DNA of 61,074 nt, counting the filler, from Gonapodya sp. JEL0774 (lineage: Eukaryota): assembly GCA_027604505.1 (NCBI GenBank). It is 19 parts of 19 records of this genome, joined end to end, with 100 filler letters (N's around TTAATTAATTAA, not from the genome) between each part and the next. Parts side by side here need not be neighbours in the genome. Positions count along the whole stretch, not along the records: positions 57,972 to 61,074 come from JADIIX010001467.1; 18 more parts are not named here. One strand, written 5' to 3'. The position numbers were made by a program, and so were the translations under genes. The notes below the pieces were generated by a model, which saw only the letters and a program-made list of their open reading frames with translations, did not search any database and had not been told where the DNA came from. Positions 57,972 to 61,074 of this stretch are shown in pieces (the first letter of the stretch is position 1; the number at the start of each line of letters is the position of its first letter).

Positions 57972-58178
57972 GAAGTATCGCTGCGTTGGATGAACCACCA
58001 CTCGGGCATGAAGCGCGCCCAAGGGGATGCCATCATCATTGGTGCCAGCTCTCTGGAGCACACCAAGAGCAATATGGCAGACTTGGATAAGGGCCCCCTT
58101 CCGGAGACGCTGTTGGTGGAGTTGGATAGGGCGTGGATTGTGGCGAAACCCACCGCTGCAAACTACTTCCACCCATAG
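57972..58178 (+). CDS. Aldo-keto reductase (AKR7/aflatoxin aldehyde reductase-like), 3' end
   Basis: LRWMNHHS...GDAIIIGASS.EH...N..DL.KGPLP...D.AW.....NYF. Confidence 0.88.
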   Translation, partial: EVSLRWMNHHSGMKRAQGDAIIIGASSLEHTKSNMADLDKGPLPETLLVELDRAWIVAKPTAANYFHP

Positions 58179-58483
58179 GACAGAAGTGGGCGTAACTGGT
58201 GGTAGAGCGCACGGGAGTTTAGCAGGTCGTTTGCAATGTATGATATAGTGAGGTTTCCATATTCGATATGCCCATCGAAGCCAGCGAATGCGGATTCTGC
58301 AAACAGGCAAATTGAGCACGTACTTTCGAAATAATTGCTTGAAGTGTGCTCTTTTCACGGCATGTTGCCTTGCGGTGTTTGATCATGAATAGTGCGAGCG
58401 ATGGCTTCAGTCCACAGCTCCCCACCCAACCAAAGTGATGTACATGACCCCGTGGCAGACAAATCGCAATTTGTTTCCTTCAA

Positions 58484-61034
58484 ATGCCGCCCCGAATACC
58501 GTGGACGCTTCTCCTTCTTTCCCTCGCTGCCGCCTCCGCTTTGGCGGCTTCCAACTCGGCAGTTCTCCTCTCCCGCTCGGGTCCTGCGGTCCCGCCCACC
58601 CCGGTCTTTGCCTTCTTCAATCAGTCCGCCGTACCGGAGCGAGGAACACGGGACGATGTGACTGGTGTGCTGGTGCTAGCGGAGCCCTATGACGCGTGTG
58701 GGAATGATACGGTGATGCTGATCGCTGGTGGCGGGAGACCCGTCACTGGGACCGCAATACGAGCAACAGAGGAGGATTCGGACGCGTCCCAATCACGGAG
58801 CCTGGTCGTTATGGTATCGCCATACAACTGCTCTGTGGCTGAGAAGCTACGCTCGGTCAACCGTGCTCTCGCCGCCTCAACCACGTCACGGTCGGTGTCT
58901 GCCCTGCTGGTCCAGTTTGCAGACACCGCAATCGGAGCAGTTAGGAACGAGAGTAGGGCAGCTGTCAATGGGTCCACTGATGGTGTGAATTTGATGCGGA
59001 TAGCCGTGTTTGTCATCTTTGACGAGGACGTCAAGGTTTTGAAAGAACAGGGACTGGGTGGGATTGTTGGGATGCACAAGTAGTGAGTATCGAGACAGTT
59101 ATCCAAGGAGGCCATAGTAGACGGAAGCTCGTCAGCGCTGGAGCTTGTCATTGAGCTCATAAGGCTTGCTCGACGATGAATCAGAGGTTCGCTGGAACGA
59201 AGCTCTGTGGCAGGTAGCTCCTTTGATGTCATTTCGAAGTAGTCGAACAAACCTGGTTGGGCGTGAGGCGCTTTGACACAGCTATCGGGGCTCTCTTTGC
59301 CTTCATAACTCATCCACTATCATTCTCTCAGCGACCCCCCCATTTTCGACCCCTCCGCCCTCGTTCTTATGTTTATCGCCCTCTCTACGCTTGTGCTCGC
59401 CTCGCTTCTCTCCGTCCCTTCTCACCCTCTCTCGACCCGCACCACTGAAATCATCCGGTGGCTCGCAACACCACGACGGGCGACAGGGAGCGGCGGCGAG
59501 AGTCATCAACGAGAAGAAGAAGAGGAGGAGAGTCAAGTGGTAACGTGGGTTGCGGCGGTACTGTTTGTGGCGGTGGCGGGTGGAGGGTTGCTCGTGTTTT
59601 GGAAGTTTCCCGGAGTGGTCGGTGAGCATTCTGAGATTTCTCGAACCTGAAACTTGATGTGAGGCTGAACGCATCACCTTTGTGCAGTCTACGTCGTTAT
59701 TGCCATCTTTACTATCTCCTCATCCCTGGCTGTTGCGTCACTCCTCTCCACATCCTTCCTTCCCTCACTCTCCAACTTCCCCCCCGTCGCCCGTCTTCGA
59801 TTGCACACAACTCTGATCTCCCGTCATGGTGAGGTGATTGCTACGCGAGGAGACGTGGCCTGTCTTGTCATTGGAATCACGATGGCGGGGTGGTGGTGCG
59901 TTGAGAGGAAAAAGGACTACATATGGATCGTGCAGGATGTGCTGGGGATGGCGTTTGTAGCAAACGTGATCAAGATGGTTGGGGTGCCGAATTTGATGGT
60001 GAGTTGTGTTTTTGAAGCACAAATCAAGAGGGTTCGTACTCACTCGCGACGAGCTGCGCCGGGATGACCACGTGCCTGTAACCAGGTCGTCACTCTCCTC
60101 CTCTCTCTGTCGTTCCTCTATGATATCTTCTTCGTTCTCATCACTCCACTGTTCACCTCCTCCGGCACATCGGTGATGGAATCGGTGGCGACAGGCGGCG
60201 GTACGGGCGAAACCGTTCCCCTGCTCTTCGTGTCGCCAAGACTCATGGACGAGCTTGGCGGCAAAGCAATGCTTGGCTTTGGGGATGTGGTAGTACCCGG
60301 GTTGGCGGTTGCTTTAGGCGCGGCTGTGGACGCGGTGACGAGACGGGTCATCAAGGCGAGCAAGGTGGGGATGTTTGACCAGGGAGAGGACCTCGAGGTC
60401 GGAGGTGCTGCCGGTACACGTGATGCGGAAGCATTTTTGGACGACGGGGATGAGGAGGATATTGGAGCGGGGGTTCAGGGAACCGGTAACGGGGTGTCGT
60501 CCCCCGTCACGCGAAGGCCTTCCGAACGCCCTTCGGCACCCTCTCCAACCCCATCCTTTGCCTCAGATGACTCAACGTCGTCTCGCGCTGGTCTCGCCCC
60601 GCTTGCCCCTTCCTCGCCTGGCTCCCGGTTACCTGCTTGGTCCGCTACCAGCACCGAGGTCACTGTGACGCCGAGTTTCTACCTCGTGTTGTGTTCGATG
60701 GCGTATGTCGTAGCGCTGGCAGTCACATTTACTGTGGTGGCATTGACGGGGAGGGGACAACCGGCGTTGATGTGAGTATCAGGTGGCCGATCGGTTTGCG
60801 CATAATGTGACCTGATCTGATGGACAAATTGAATCGTGGCCCCTTCGACCTCCCTTCAACAGGTACATCAACCCCAGCCTGCTAGCTACTATTTTTGATC
60901 ACGCATATCTCCGAGGAGAAATCGGGGCTTTGTGGAAGGGTGAGGTGGTGGAGTGGTACACGAGGGGTATCTGGCAGAGGAGAGCAGCTCAGAGGAAGGC
61001 GGAACGGGAAATTGAAGTGGATGCGAGAAGTTGA
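58484..61034 (+). CDS. Signal peptide peptidase-like 2 (PA domain + A22B GxGD intramembrane aspartyl protease), multi-exon
   Basis: Signal peptide, PA-like AEPYDAC...CS..EK, catalytic YDIFF and LGFGD, and GQPAL(M|Y) motif. Confidence 0.9.
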
Positions 61035-61074
61035 TTTGTATCGGTGTTTTTTAGATACACCATCTTGCGGTGGC

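Overview
This window is not contiguous DNA. It consists of 19 unplaced contigs of about 3.1 kb (3143 down to 3103 bp, sorted by decreasing length), joined by artificial 100-bp linkers (44 N + TTAATTAATTAA + 44 N), so nothing can be inferred from adjacency across linkers. The source is an intron-rich eukaryote with short GT-AG introns, TTAGGG telomeric motifs, fungal-type genes and cilium/centriole genes (ARMH1-, IQCB1/NPHP5- and FAM183-like). I infer a zoosporic (chytrid/monoblepharid-type) fungus. Housekeeping genes or fragments: SDR, forkhead TF, O6-methylguanine methyltransferase, Rav1/DMXL, MCT-type MFS, ZZZ3-like, BCAT, Pif1, MhpA-like monooxygenase, CHTOP-like, ABCG, Ste14, AKR7, PA-SPPL2 and six F-box genes. 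Most notable: (1) a Gag/ORF1-only, RT-less element bounded by identical 51-bp tails ending in TTAGGGTTAGG, which looks like part of a head-to-tail telomere-repeat-targeting retroelement array; (2) an intronless prim-pol + D5/SF3 helicase + C-terminal PD-(D/E)XK nuclease fusion, with a second diverged nuclease-bearing copy on another contig, suggesting a virus-like or self-replicating element family; (3) an intronless Cas4/RecB-like Fe-S nuclease + SF1B helicase fusion; (4) tandem LRR-TM-SH3 surface receptors. All family calls are from motif recognition by eye; no database search was run.
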